Made by a program: the position numbers and the translations under genes. Under the pieces are notes generated by a model. That model was not told the origin of the DNA and ran no database searches. It worked only from the letters and a program-made list of their open reading frames with translations. A stretch of DNA of 52,210 nt from Gammaproteobacteria bacterium (GTDB lineage Bacteria; Pseudomonadota; Gammaproteobacteria; Eutrophobiales; Eutrophobiaceae): positions 1 to 52,210 of the forward strand of contig OY728594.2 of assembly GCA_963422205.2 (NCBI GenBank), read 5' to 3'. Of the stretch, positions 18,135-29,700 are shown one piece after another (the stretch's first letter is position 1; every line of letters starts with the position of its first letter).

Positions 18135-20452
18135 GCACAGCAATATATGCGCTCAATGGCGGAGAGGTTGGGCCGGATATTATCGCGCGGTTTGACCTTG
18201 ATCGGTTGCGTTTTGCTGCAACGACAATGGAGAATTTTATTTCATTCAAGTCAGGCAAAATGCAGCTTCGACCGGGATTTCAAAATCTTATGGCTGTCAC
18301 AAACGGCAATAGTGGTTTTTGGTTTCCATTTTACAACACAAATAACCTGAGTTTTCTCATTCATTTTATGGGACCAACCATTCGCATTTACAGCGTGACA
18401 CAAGCCGGTGCGACGGTCAATGCAACGGTTACTGGCGCGCCATGGTCTGCTTCGCAAGCTGCAAATATCAAGGCCACACAGATTAATGACGTGCTTTTTA
18501 TTGCTTCGGAACAATCGCCCAGAAAACTGGAATTTCGAGGTGGATCAAGCTGGATTTTATCTGAATATCAGCCGGACGATGGGCCGTTTGATATAGGACC
18601 AGAGGAACAGCCATTTACATTGACACCAAGCGCGCTGACAGGAAACAGTGCAACAATAACATCTTCTGCTTCGTTTTTTTCATCTGGCGACGTTGGCAAG
18701 CTTTTAAGGCTGCGCACTGTTGGCGTTCAAAACGTTGCTGAAACACTTGGATCTAGTAACACGGTAAGTGCCTCTATTCGAGTTTTTGGGAATAACGAAG
18801 AAACCCGCCGGTTCCGTGCAGGTTTTGCCGTTGATCCGAGGAATTCATCAAACGGCAGGCTTATTCTTGAGCAATCTGTTGGAGATGAAAGTTCATGGCG
18901 GTCTTATCGCACATGGTCTGTCTCGGCTGTTACAATCACAGAGCAAAACACGAATAACCAAGGTGATGCTGATGCATCGGCAAGCAGTGATACTACATCA
19001 GGTTCAGGTTCTACAAATCAAGTAGACACGTCAACAAGCGTAAATTTGAATTCCAGTCTTGAGACAGAAACAACTGTTGCCTTGAATCTTGAGCGTGGAC
19101 AAAGCCAAGAAATCTTTGATGATATTCCCAATGTGGCAGTCTATTACCGGTTTCGGTACGAAACATCAGAAACTGAAAGACAGGCGGTGTTTGTAAATCT
19201 GAGTTATGCTAGCGGTTCAACGGAAGGCGTTGCCAGAATTACATCGCGCATTAATTCAACAAGTGCTCGGGTTAATATTCTCAAACCTTTTGGCGCAACA
19301 CGTGCAACATCGGACTGGGATGAAGGATCGTGGTCAGGCACCAAGGGCTGGCCCACTTCTGTAGCTTACCATTCCGGCAGGCTCATGTGGGGAAGACGCA
19401 ATCAAGTATTTGCCTCGGAGTCTGACAGGTTTGAAAACTTTGATGATAATGTTGAAGGCGATGCAACTGCATTTACACGATCCGTGCTTTCAAAATCAAC
19501 GAATGGCGTTCTTTGGCTTTTGGACAATCAGCGCTTGATTGCCGGCGCACAAAACACAGTCTCTTATGCATGGGCGTCAAGCTTTTCAGAAAACCTGACA
19601 GCTTCTGATTTTACATCCCGTATTGCAGTATCGGTAGGTGCCGCGCCTTATCAGGGCGAAGTGCTGGATAGTGAAACCGTATTTTTGGATAATACGAGAC
19701 GCAGACTGTATATTTTGCGTGGAGACGGCCAAAACGATTATCAGATTCTGGATACAACGGAAATAAACCGGGACATTCTTGAGCCGGGTGTGGCCAGCTT
19801 TGCCATTCAGCGACAACCTGAAACACGAATATGGTGTTCAATGTCTGATGGCACCATGCGCTGCCTAACCTATGAACCGTCAGAAAATGTTCTGGCATGG
19901 TCTCGAATTACGACTGTGGGCAATATTCTGCAAGTGCGCACATTACCCGGCCCTGTGCAGGATCATGTTCTGATTGTTTACCAGAATACACGTGGACAAA
20001 CATTTCTGGAACGATTGAGACCGTTCAGTGATGCCGAAGGCGGTGCAAATAGTCTGATGCAGGATCATGACACTGGTTCGTCTTATACAGGGCGCTGGCA
20101 GTCCACCAAGCTGGCTTATGGGGCAGGGGCACCTAATACGGCATTGGGTGCTGAAAAGCGTGTGCACCATCTTGGGCTTTATATGCTGAATACAAGACTG
20201 TCGAGTGTTAAAATCGGCCCATCTTTTAACGACACGCATGATCTGGCACGCACTCAGTTAGGCCGTCCAATTAATTTTAATACAGTGCACGAGGAATTCA
20301 CGGCTTACCCACAACCCTTTGGCGGAAAATGGGATATTGACAGTCGTATTTGCATTGAGGTCCAAAGTCCAAACCCCTGCACAATTGCTGCTTTGGTTGT
20401 GGGTATGGATACGAATGCAAGTGTGTCGTCGGAACGCCGCCGTGAAACTTGA
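18122..20452 (+). CDS. Tail nozzle (tail tubular protein B-like)
   Basis: N-terminal NGGEVGP...R.D.....NF......G...RPG, TQINDVLFI, GWPTSVAYHSGRL and EPSENVLAWSR motifs. Confidence 0.85.
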   Translation: MAEVSTAIYALNGGEVGPDIIARFDLDRLRFAATTMENFISFKSGKMQLRPGFQNLMAVTNGNSGFWFPFYNTNNLSFLIHFMGPTIRIYSVTQAGATVNATVTGAPWSASQAANIKATQINDVLFIASEQSPRKLEFRGGSSWILSEYQPDDGPFDIGPEEQPFTLTPSALTGNSATITSSASFFSSGDVGKLLRLRTVGVQNVAETLGSSNTVSASIRVFGNNEETRRFRAGFAVDPRNSSNGRLILEQSVGDESSWRSYRTWSVSAVTITEQNTNNQGDADASASSDTTSGSGSTNQVDTSTSVNLNSSLETETTVALNLERGQSQEIFDDIPNVAVYYRFRYETSETERQAVFVNLSYASGSTEGVARITSRINSTSARVNILKPFGATRATSDWDEGSWSGTKGWPTSVAYHSGRLMWGRRNQVFASESDRFENFDDNVEGDATAFTRSVLSKSTNGVLWLLDNQRLIAGAQNTVSYAWASSFSENLTASDFTSRIAVSVGAAPYQGEVLDSETVFLDNTRRRLYILRGDGQNDYQILDTTEINRDILEPGVASFAIQRQPETRIWCSMSDGTMRCLTYEPSENVLAWSRITTVGNILQVRTLPGPVQDHVLIVYQNTRGQTFLERLRPFSDAEGGANSLMQDHDTGSSYTGRWQSTKLAYGAGAPNTALGAEKRVHHLGLYMLNTRLSSVKIGPSFNDTHDLARTQLGRPINFNTVHEEFTAYPQPFGGKWDIDSRICIEVQSPNPCTIAALVVGMDTNASVSSERRRET

Positions 20453-20810
20453 TCTGATTCCCGCAACTCAACAACACTTTGTACGTGTGTTTGGAATGAC
20501 TTGTCCTGTTCCTTTTGAAGGAATGGCGGCAATGCGAGGTGATGTTGTTATGGCTATTGGCGGTGTCGCTGTTGAGGAAGATGGTGAATTGACGGCGTTT
20601 TTGTGGTGTAAAGCGCAAGCGCGGGGACCTTGGATGTTTCGGGCAGTAAAACGTGGTTTAAGAAAGCTGGCAACACGTGGGTGCGGTCCAGTTCGTGCGT
20701 ATTGTGATTCAAGCATTGCGCGGTCTGATGTCTTTCTTGAACGGCTTGGGTTTGTTAAAACAGGCGAAACAAAGAACAATATGGAAATATGGAGATGCAA
20801 AAATGGCTGA
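20442..20810 (+). CDS. GNAT-like small protein (internal virion protein A position)
   Basis: GTG start overlapping the nozzle stop. C-terminal SDVFLERLGF motif. Confidence 0.55.
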   Translation: MKLDLIPATQQHFVRVFGMTCPVPFEGMAAMRGDVVMAIGGVAVEEDGELTAFLWCKAQARGPWMFRAVKRGLRKLATRGCGPVRAYCDSSIARSDVFLERLGFVKTGETKNNMEIWRCKNG

Positions 20811-21321
20811 TCCAATAACAATGCTTACAATTGCTTCGGCTGCTTCGATTGCATCTAGCGTTATTGGCGGAATTTCATCCATTCAGGCTGGCAAAGCGCA
20901 GCAGGTTCAGCATGAATATCAGGCCAAGCTGGCAGAGCGTGAAGCGCAGCAAACACGCGCATTCAGTGAACAGGAAGCGGCAAAAAAACGGCGGGAAGGT
21001 CGATTGATGGAGTCTCGTCAGCGTGCCATTGCCGCTGCATCAGGTGGTGCAGGTGATCCGTCTGTCCTGAATATTCTGGCAACGACCGAAGCGGAGGCGC
21101 AGTATGCGGCTGATATTGAGCGGTTTCGTGGCACAAGTCAGGCGGCCGGTTTACAACTACGTGCTGAAAGCCAGCGCTTGCGTGGGCGCCAGGCACGACG
21201 ACAAGGTATTCTGGACGGCGTTGGTTCTTTTCTCGGTGCAGGCAGTACGGCCTTTGATCGCTTTGGAAAAATCGGTTCTGCAAAAAGCGGTGACGGTGGC
21301 GGTGATTATACATACGGATAA
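20803..21321 (+). CDS. Small internal virion/ejection protein
   Basis: MADPITML hydrophobic N-terminus, Ala/Gln coiled coil, QRAIAAASGG motif, Gly-rich C-terminus. Confidence 0.7.
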   Translation: MADPITMLTIASAASIASSVIGGISSIQAGKAQQVQHEYQAKLAEREAQQTRAFSEQEAAKKRREGRLMESRQRAIAAASGGAGDPSVLNILATTEAEAQYAADIERFRGTSQAAGLQLRAESQRLRGRQARRQGILDGVGSFLGAGSTAFDRFGKIGSAKSGDGGGDYTYG

Positions 21322-21324
21322 ACC

Positions 21325-24300
21325 ATGGCAAGAATACCAACAGTAACAACAGAGTTTCGCACGTCGCCGGGCGATCCGGGGGCAGAGTTTCGTGCTGACT
21401 TTACTGGGCCTGTTGCGAATGCAAGGGGGCTGGCACAAGGGCTGGCGCGTGTTGGTCAAAATGTTGAACGACGTTTTGAGCGAGAAGAAGCGGAGCGAAA
21501 CAGGGAAGAAGATTTTAACGTTCAGCGGCGTTTTGTTGAATTTCAAACAGAACAAAATCTCAAAATGCGCGAAAGCTGGGATGCAGCGCCGCCGGGTGCT
21601 TTTGGTTTAACCAGCACGGTGCAAAGCAACTATGAAACGTCTGCTAGGGAATTTTTTAAAACCGTTCCTGATCGTTTAAGGAGTGAATACGATTTACGAC
21701 TTGCCCGTTTGGCGGGTCAGATTTCTGTCAATACGCAAGGCCAACAATCGCAGTTACAGGAAAGCTATTACACTGCCGAAGTTAAATCGGCTTTGGATGA
21801 CTTATATGAGCAGGTTTCTGAAGGCAGCATTTCTTATGAAGATGGGGTTTTACAAGGGCGGGAATTAATTGACGCCGCTGGATTGCGGGAATTGACCAAA
21901 TACGGCCTTGAAGAAAACTGGACAGAACAAGCGGCTATAGGCCAGTGGAACCGTGAATTCACACTTGATCCGCAACAGGCTCGTATTGCGCTGGGCGGCG
22001 GTACATTAGAACAGCGAACAGATTATCAGTTTGACCGTATTGCACTGGCTGTTGAGCAGGCAGAGTCATCGGGAAACACTCTAGCTGAATCGTCTGTTGG
22101 TGCGTCTGGCTTAATGCAGGTTATGCCTGCAACCGCGCGTGGCATTGCTCAGGAACTTCAGGACAGTTCTTTTCCCATTGGTGGAACCGATGAAGACATC
22201 AAACAGTGGCTTAAAATTCCTGAAAACGGACGCCGCTATGGTCGATATTATTTGAATAAACGTTTGAAGCAATTTGACGGTGATCTTGAAGCTGCTTTGA
22301 TTGCTTATAATGCTGGAGCGTCACGCGCTGAAAAATGGCTTGAAAACGGACGTGACTGGTCTGTTTTGCCGTCTGGTGTTCAACGGGAAACCTTGCCGTA
22401 CACGCGCAAAATTCTTGGCAGTTTGGGGTTATCACCAACAGACGGCCCTGTCAGTTTTGCCACTGCCGGGCCTGCAAACTCTGTTTATCTGGATATTCCC
22501 TATGATGAACGACAAAGATTGTTGGCGCGGGCTGAGAGAGAAATGAATAGCCGCTTGGCTTTGGAGCGAGCGTCTTACAGCGATATGTTTAATCAGGAAA
22601 TTGAGTTTATGCTGGACAACGGCGGACAAACCTCTCCTGATTTTTCGTGGAATGCGCAAGAGGTTCGATCGCTCTGGGCTGATAATCCGATTAAAGCGCG
22701 TAATATGGTGGCCGAGTTTCAGGAAGCGCAACGAGACGGGCGGTTTTTGAGTCAAATACAGGGCGCGTCATTTGAAGACATTCAGGAAGTCATTGCCGGT
22801 TATGAGCAATTGCTGCGCGAACCGGGGAGAAACATTGAGGAAAATAAATCTTTAGAGAGGTATGATAGGGTTGCAAAAGAGTATTTGAGAACACAACGAA
22901 CCGAGTTGGTGACTGACTTTGAAAACCGGATTGATACAGCGCTTGGCACATTGGAAGCAGAGCCATCGGAGGCGTTTCCACAGGAAGCGTTTGAACAGCT
23001 TTACAGTCCTGAACAGGTGGAAGCGTTTGAGGGCATCTGGTCTAATGCCATGCAGACAATTGAGGATATTACGGGTTTTGAGGATTTAAGCCCGGCTGAG
23101 ATTGAAGAGCGTGTAGAAGCTGCGAAGGCACGGGTTAAAGACAGAACGACGGCAGCACAGTTTGCCAGCGTAGAACAGGCTGCGGATGCAGAGCGGCAAA
23201 GACTTGTTGTTGAAGCGCAGGCGAATATTGATGAAGCTTTGGAATTTGCCAAAGCCAACGGCCGCCTGCCGGACGAATTTGATATTGAAGCGTATGATCT
23301 GAACAGGCTTGTCGGGACTGAAGGTGCGACACAATTAAAAGAAAATGTCACGCTTATCACGGATATGGCAGAACAGTTGATCAATTGGGGCGATTTGAGT
23401 CCGGTTCAACAAAGCAACATTATCAGTGAGTGGCAGCAGCTTTTAACCATTCCAGGCAATACGGAACTGGAACAGAAAGCGCTTGAAGGTCTTATGACGG
23501 CTATTCGTGTAGAACAGGAAGGGTTTGAAGCTGACGGCGCAGTGCAGGCCCAGCGCGGCAGCCAGGCCGTGCGGGAGGCGTTTCAGGGCTATCAGGAAGC
23601 ATTGCAGTCGCAGGACCAAGGACAGATTGCCAGCGCACGAAATCAGTATGTTACCGTGTTGGATGATTACTATGACTTCAAGAATGTACCTTATAGCCAG
23701 CGTAACATTCTGCCAAACAGTCAGAACGCTGCTTTTGTAGAAAATATCAAACAGGCACCAGAAGACCAGAAGGCCGCAGCAATGGCTTCATTCCTGGAAC
23801 CTTGGTTGCCTGATGATCGGCGTCGCGTCATCGCTGGGTTGGACAAGGCGGGCCTGCCTTCGGGATATGTTGTGGCGGGATATACATTTTCAGACAATCC
23901 GGTCTTGGCTGCGGATTTGGCAAGTGTTGCAGAGTTATCCGTGGATGAACTTGAGGGTAATATGAACCGCACGGATCTGATTAATCCTTTGAAAGATGCT
24001 TTGAATGAGGGTTTGCAAGATTTTCAAAGCGTGTTTTTAAGCGTCAGTCCTGATCAAAGAACTGAGGCTGTTCGGGGTTTCAATATGTATTCCGAGGCGG
24101 CCTATAAAATTGCATTGGGGCGCACAGCCATAAGTCAGCAACCCGAGGATGAAGCTGCGAGCATTATTGCAACCCTGTTTGATGAGGGTGTAATTAATCT
24201 TGAAAACAAGAAATTGTTGCTACCAATGGAGTTGAATACCAACTCTTTTGAAAACAGGCTGGAAAGCGCGCTTGATCGATTGCAGGAACGGGATGTTCTT

Positions 24301-24657
24301 GAAGCGTTTGATCTGGCTCCCATTGTGCTGACGGGCATAGGTGAGATTGATGTACCCACGCAAATTGAAAGCCTGACAAGCACAGGCACTTGGCTAACCC
24401 AGCGGGATCAAACGGGCGTACCTGTGGGTGCTGTTTTACATTACCGTGTGGGCAATGCGTTTGTGCCTGTTGAAAACACAAATGGCGACCTGCTTGAGAT
24501 AAGATATGAGGATATTCAAAACATGAATGTGTTGACTAATTCTCTTGCCAATCGTGTTTTTGGTGCACCAAGAACAGAGCCGATCAATGAACCATCTACC
24601 AATCTTGCTATTGAAGACGCCCCCCTTGAAGACGCCTTGCAATGGCTGACACGATGA
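21325..24657 (+). CDS. Internal virion protein with lytic transglycosylase (SLT) domain
   Basis: SLT motifs QAESSG, ASGLMQVMPATA, ALIAYNAG and ETLPY within a 1110-aa helical protein. Confidence 0.85.
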   Translation: MARIPTVTTEFRTSPGDPGAEFRADFTGPVANARGLAQGLARVGQNVERRFEREEAERNREEDFNVQRRFVEFQTEQNLKMRESWDAAPPGAFGLTSTVQSNYETSAREFFKTVPDRLRSEYDLRLARLAGQISVNTQGQQSQLQESYYTAEVKSALDDLYEQVSEGSISYEDGVLQGRELIDAAGLRELTKYGLEENWTEQAAIGQWNREFTLDPQQARIALGGGTLEQRTDYQFDRIALAVEQAESSGNTLAESSVGASGLMQVMPATARGIAQELQDSSFPIGGTDEDIKQWLKIPENGRRYGRYYLNKRLKQFDGDLEAALIAYNAGASRAEKWLENGRDWSVLPSGVQRETLPYTRKILGSLGLSPTDGPVSFATAGPANSVYLDIPYDERQRLLARAEREMNSRLALERASYSDMFNQEIEFMLDNGGQTSPDFSWNAQEVRSLWADNPIKARNMVAEFQEAQRDGRFLSQIQGASFEDIQEVIAGYEQLLREPGRNIEENKSLERYDRVAKEYLRTQRTELVTDFENRIDTALGTLEAEPSEAFPQEAFEQLYSPEQVEAFEGIWSNAMQTIEDITGFEDLSPAEIEERVEAAKARVKDRTTAAQFASVEQAADAERQRLVVEAQANIDEALEFAKANGRLPDEFDIEAYDLNRLVGTEGATQLKENVTLITDMAEQLINWGDLSPVQQSNIISEWQQLLTIPGNTELEQKALEGLMTAIRVEQEGFEADGAVQAQRGSQAVREAFQGYQEALQSQDQGQIASARNQYVTVLDDYYDFKNVPYSQRNILPNSQNAAFVENIKQAPEDQKAAAMASFLEPWLPDDRRRVIAGLDKAGLPSGYVVAGYTFSDNPVLAADLASVAELSVDELEGNMNRTDLINPLKDALNEGLQDFQSVFLSVSPDQRTEAVRGFNMYSEAAYKIALGRTAISQQPEDEAASIIATLFDEGVINLENKKLLLPMELNTNSFENRLESALDRLQERDVLEAFDLAPIVLTGIGEIDVPTQIESLTSTGTWLTQRDQTGVPVGAVLHYRVGNAFVPVENTNGDLLEIRYEDIQNMNVLTNSLANRVFGAPRTEPINEPSTNLAIEDAPLEDALQWLTR

Positions 24658-25169
24658 ACCTTTATGACGCCACACGAGATTTGCACCACGATGCCGAAGC
24701 GCATTCATGGGGCGCGAAGATGGCTAAGGGAGATATTAGCCAAGCTGAGTACTGGCATTGGCTTTGGAATTTGTGGCTTATTCACCGTGATTTGGATGAA
24801 TACATGCCCGCTGAGTCTCGTCGTGGAATGGCGCTTGGCTGGGATATGGCAAAGACGGATTGCAAGGCAACGATTGTGGCCCAACTGGCAGTGGGGGTAT
24901 ATGACTTTGCAAACATGAGTGACGCAGAGCGAGGCGGCTGGGCTTATATTATGATTGGCGCACATTTTCGGGGTGGCGCAGTTATTCGTAAGCGCATGGA
25001 GCCAAAAGGGTTTTCCTGCCAGCATTTGCGCTTTGAAGACCCTGCCAAGGTAAATGAATATTTGGTGTCTTTGCGAGAAAGACCGGAATGCGCAGAAGGC
25101 GCACGCGCGGCGTTTAAAGCTATTATTGAAATTATGAACAGGATTGAACAAATGTCTGCTTCGTCATAA
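24654..25169 (+). CDS. Heme oxygenase-like protein (auxiliary metabolic gene)
   Basis: Proximal helix TRDLHHDAE (T..LH..AE) and distal helix AYIMIGAHFRGGAVI. ATGA-coupled to the upstream gene. Confidence 0.75.
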   Translation: MNLYDATRDLHHDAEAHSWGAKMAKGDISQAEYWHWLWNLWLIHRDLDEYMPAESRRGMALGWDMAKTDCKATIVAQLAVGVYDFANMSDAERGGWAYIMIGAHFRGGAVIRKRMEPKGFSCQHLRFEDPAKVNEYLVSLRERPECAEGARAAFKAIIEIMNRIEQMSASS

Positions 25170-25193
25170 TGTATTGGAAACGTGGAGGGCATT

Positions 25194-25562
25194 ATGCCGG
25201 GCGGACCTGAGTTATATTTTGAAAATTCAATTGGCGGTACTGAATTGCCAACTGTGGATGCTACGTATGAACGTCAGGTCTGGATGGGCGCATCCAACAC
25301 GTTTTTTCATGTTAGTTTTTATGATTTAAATCGTAATCCTGTAACTCCTACAGGCGGAACCGTTACATTTACAGGTTCTGTTTTGCCGGGACAATGGCAG
25401 GTTCCATCCCTTGGCGGCGTTGTTCAGGCGACAGAGGCGGGACCAAACGCGACTTATACTGTTCCACGTATTTTGGGTCCTGTTCGTAACGTCCGTATGG
25501 TTGTAAATGGAATTACCGGCGGCGTTAATCACATCCAAGCCATAATTGTTCAAACGGAATAA
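25194..25562 (+). CDS. Small beta-rich putative virion protein
   Basis: GGAGGG RBS, beta-strand-like composition, lies within the tail module. Confidence 0.5.
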   Translation: MPGGPELYFENSIGGTELPTVDATYERQVWMGASNTFFHVSFYDLNRNPVTPTGGTVTFTGSVLPGQWQVPSLGGVVQATEAGPNATYTVPRILGPVRNVRMVVNGITGGVNHIQAIIVQTE

Positions 25563-25568
25563 AGAGAT

Positions 25569-26765
25569 ATGCCATTTACACCAGTGACAATTGGCGGTTC
25601 TAGCGGAATGGGTATGGGTTTGAGCGAAGCCCAGGTTGACGCCCGCATTCGAAATGCCTTGAATATCCAGAATGGCAAAGTAGCGATTGGCGATGGCGCG
25701 GGTGGTGTGACTGACAGCTTGCTAAGCCAAAGCGGCGGTGTGATCCAACTGGGTCGCGAAAACACAATGATTGAACGTCCGGGTCGGACAACATCGTTTA
25801 CAGCGAGCGGGACAGCCATTGCACGACAGCCCTCGTTTGTGGCGAGCAGGAATTACGAACAAGTCAACGGCATTGGCGTCTGGGCGCAGGCGCGACCGGG
25901 TGAATCAACGGTGACGTTTAACGTGACCGAGATCAGAATTCGCAATGGCGGTACGTCTTCGTCGACAATCAGCGAGCGCATTGCAGTTAATCGGGGCGAG
26001 ATGACCTTGCCGGCGAGCAATTCGACGGGGCAGATACGCAATTATGCGCTGGATGATTTTGAAATCCCGAGCGGCGCTTTTGTGGATTTCGAGATGGAGT
26101 TTATTGACGGCGTGTTCTTTGGCCTGACATCAGCGCCGGGGATTGTTGCGCCGGAACTGACGGTGCGGTTTGTGACGAATAATCCGTTGGTGAGCGAGGG
26201 CACAAGGCTGCGGCGGCGGTATCAGCGGATGGTGAATTCCAGCACGGTGCGGCAAGGACGTTCGCAAACTGTCCAAATAGAAAGTTTTGCCGAAGCCGAA
26301 GCAGAGAATCCATCGCGCGTTTTAACATTGACAAATGACGGCGGCGGCGCGGATACGGTTAACGATCAATGGGGCGACGGCGCAGGGCCATGGGTGCCGA
26401 ACAGCGGGTCTGGTGCATCGGCAACAGGTGGCTATTTTGACATGTCTCGCGTTTTGGAAGGCGAAAATCTGAACGTTAGTTTGTTTTTTAACATTCTAGG
26501 CATGGTATCACAGACAGCTTTTTCATGTAGAGCGCGTTGGGAGCAACAAAATGGATCATTAATTAGAAGAGAATTTTTGTCGGATGTAGTTGTAGGCACC
26601 GATTTTAGGCTAAATGGCAGTTTAGAAAATATTACTTTCAATATAAGAAAACCTGCTGGAGAAATTAACCGATCCGCCAAAGTCTTTATAGAATATTATA
26701 TCACTTTTTATGTGAATTTTATAAATACGGAAATATCTGTACTAGGGGGTAATCAGTATGCCTAG
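25569..26765 (+). CDS. Tail fibre-related protein
   Basis: Shares a module with the downstream fibre (SLL.QSG, GIGV...AR.G, GVFFG). Confidence 0.55.
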   Translation: MPFTPVTIGGSSGMGMGLSEAQVDARIRNALNIQNGKVAIGDGAGGVTDSLLSQSGGVIQLGRENTMIERPGRTTSFTASGTAIARQPSFVASRNYEQVNGIGVWAQARPGESTVTFNVTEIRIRNGGTSSSTISERIAVNRGEMTLPASNSTGQIRNYALDDFEIPSGAFVDFEMEFIDGVFFGLTSAPGIVAPELTVRFVTNNPLVSEGTRLRRRYQRMVNSSTVRQGRSQTVQIESFAEAEAENPSRVLTLTNDGGGADTVNDQWGDGAGPWVPNSGSGASATGGYFDMSRVLEGENLNVSLFFNILGMVSQTAFSCRARWEQQNGSLIRREFLSDVVVGTDFRLNGSLENITFNIRKPAGEINRSAKVFIEYYITFYVNFINTEISVLGGNQYA

Positions 26766-29700
26766 ATTTTGGTATAATCTTGAATCAAATGGTGTTTTTA
26801 CAGACACGTTTATCCCAGGTTTTAATTCTGTACCCGGAGCATTAAGCGCGATTGCTTCCGGATCGCAAAGCGTTTTACTTCAAAATTCATCAAATAATGC
26901 ATTTTATGGTCTTCCTTGGAATTTTTACCAAGATGAACAAGGCAACCAACTTGGCACAGACCAAGCATCCACAGTCACCGCCCTACAAGCTATCTTAGAC
27001 GGCCCGAACGCCGTCGTAACCTATCCCAAGTCTTCACCACCTTCCTCTGGCTCTCTTCTCATGTGGGACGACAGCGTTGGCGCGGTCATGGACTCTGGGA
27101 TTCAAATGCTGGGCGACCAGATCATGGTCCCGCAAAATGTCACGTTTCAGCAGCGCGTCGCCGCACTCGGCCCGCAGGTGGAGCAGACGCAGATCGGCGG
27201 CTTCGGCCTGCTTCGAAACATCGTCACCGACCAGCAATTCTTCTTGATCGACGCCAGATTTTCTCGCACTTCTGGTTCTCGACGCGCAAGCCAGTTCTTT
27301 TTCAACGCAGGTGAAGAAGCTGCCCTAACCGATATCTACACTGTCACGCCGCCCGACGATGGGCAAGTGGCGTCCGATGGTTTTCAATTCGATTGGGCCC
27401 CCAATTTCGATGGTATCGCGTGGCAGCTTCAATTTAACGGCATCGACGCACTGGACAATCTGCGCATCCGCCTCGATGACACCACTGACGGACCAGCAGG
27501 GGAGCCGGTCTGGTATTACCCTGACGAACTGTCGTTCCTCACGGAAGAAAACGGCACGAACCACGCGCCCGGACTTGTCACGTTGGACCTTGAAGACACG
27601 TCTGGCCCTATCTTTGTTACCACAACCCGTCAGTACCGCTTCACTTTGGAGACGGACGGTGGGGACATTCGTGTTGCGCCCTCAACCAACCTGCCTGAAT
27701 TCCGCATTTCCCGCCAGCTTGGTGAGCGGGTGTCCTATCAGCCCAATGCAGACCGCTACCTCGGTACCATTGGCGACGCCACAGCGGACTTCCAAAGCTG
27801 GCCCGCCGGTAACATCGGCGATTACTTGATCGCTTCAACCGCTGTCACCGTCAATGGCGTCGCGCTCGCAGTCGGTACGCGCTACCGTTGCAATGCCGAC
27901 ACCGCAGCCGCCATGCCAGCCAACTGGATTGCTTTGCCAATCGCTGGTGCTGGACTTTCTGGTCTTACGCGCAAGACCATCCCCGTTTCCATCGGGGCTG
28001 ACAACATTGGCAACTCGGTCCTCTCCACCGGACAAGTTGGATCAACCCGCGAAATCGGCGTGTTTGTAGATGGTCCATCCGTTGAAGCGGAATTGACGGT
28101 TCAGGGCGACATGTCTTCTAATATCAGTGCCGATCCAACTTTGCCTGGTCTGCCCGCTCCATCCACTCTTTTCACTGCGCCTGACGACGCTTGCCAATTT
28201 ACCGTGTACGGGGTGCGAGTCATTATCGGCGACGGGCTTTCAGGCGGTCAAATTCAGGGCCTTCGGATTGGCATTGAACCAGCGTCCACAGGTCAAAACG
28301 GCAACGCTGCAATGGCGCTGGCTGGTTGGCCTACGCTGGCCGACTATCGTGCAGGCAACGGGCAAGACTTCACCGCAGCCAACGTTGCCCAAGAAGAAGA
28401 ATTCGAGTTCGACGCGCCTATTGCGCTGGAGCCTGGTGAAGAATACCGCGTATTCGTAGACACTGACGAACGCTTTGCCATTCGCGGTATGTCACGCGGT
28501 GGGATTTTCGCAGAACTCCTGATTGCCCGCGCGGATGCGTCTAACCGTCAGCAATTGAACCCCAACACATTCAGCAACGTGCAGAGTAACGCCATTCCTC
28601 TTGTGCGCAGCGGCACAGCGGAAACCTCGCTTCTGCGCCAGTCGGGCAGTCAGATCACCACCGATGTAACTGGTATTTTCTCGGTTCAATCGGACCAGAG
28701 CGCAAACCAGATTGTTGACGCTACAGCCAATTTTGCAACGTTCAACTATACCCTCACCGCTGACCGGATCGTCAGCGGCATCGGTGTTCTTGTGCGCGCC
28801 CGCGCGGGCATGAATACAGCGTCTTTTAGCGTCCGCTCAGTCAACTTCGTCAACAACGCGGTCAATCCAGCGACCACAACACCTGTCACCATCCGTGAGC
28901 CGGGCACTCGTACATTTACCGTGGGCGACACTGCGGGCGACGAAGAATTCTTCTACGTCGCAATTGACGAAACTGCGGTTGCCAATGGCGACACGTTGCA
29001 AATTGCTGTGACTGGTGATGATGGTGTATTTTTCGGAACCGCCAGCCCATTCCCCGGCGAAATCGCAAGCCCAACGCTCAACCTCCAAGAGACCATCCGC
29101 TCTCCAATCGTAGATGCCAGCCGTCGCATTGCATCGGGCACTGGCCTTACCGGCGGTGGTGACCTTTCAGCGGATCGCAGCCTGAACGTTGACTTCGCAT
29201 CCAGTGCAGAGGCTGCCGCTGCAACCAGCACTGCGAAAGTCATTTCTCCTGCCCGCGCACAGGACTTCATTGACGCGGCAGGCCGGATGCAGTCTCTTGG
29301 CGTCATTGCCCAGACGGCAGCGGCAGGCGTCAACCACACCAGCTTTCCAGCGGCCAATCGAGGCGACACGCTCTTTGCGGCAGAGAGCAATCCGGGCGCG
29401 GTCAATGGTGTCACGCTTGAAGCAGGCGCAATCTACATCTGCCAGACCAACAACACGCCAGCAAACACGCCCGCAGACTGGATGCGAATGCCAATTGTGC
29501 TGCGTCCGGGTGGGAGCGGTTTGATCACGAGTGCCACTGCCAGCAACTCAAGCGAAATTATCTTCAACCTGCCGTCAGGATATTCGCGGTTTCGTGTGGT
29601 CATGGATGGAGTGCAGCCGGGGACCAACAACTCCAATCTGCGCATGGAAGTGGGCAATGGGACGAGCTTCCAAACCACAGGCTACGTTCGTGCGGCGGAA

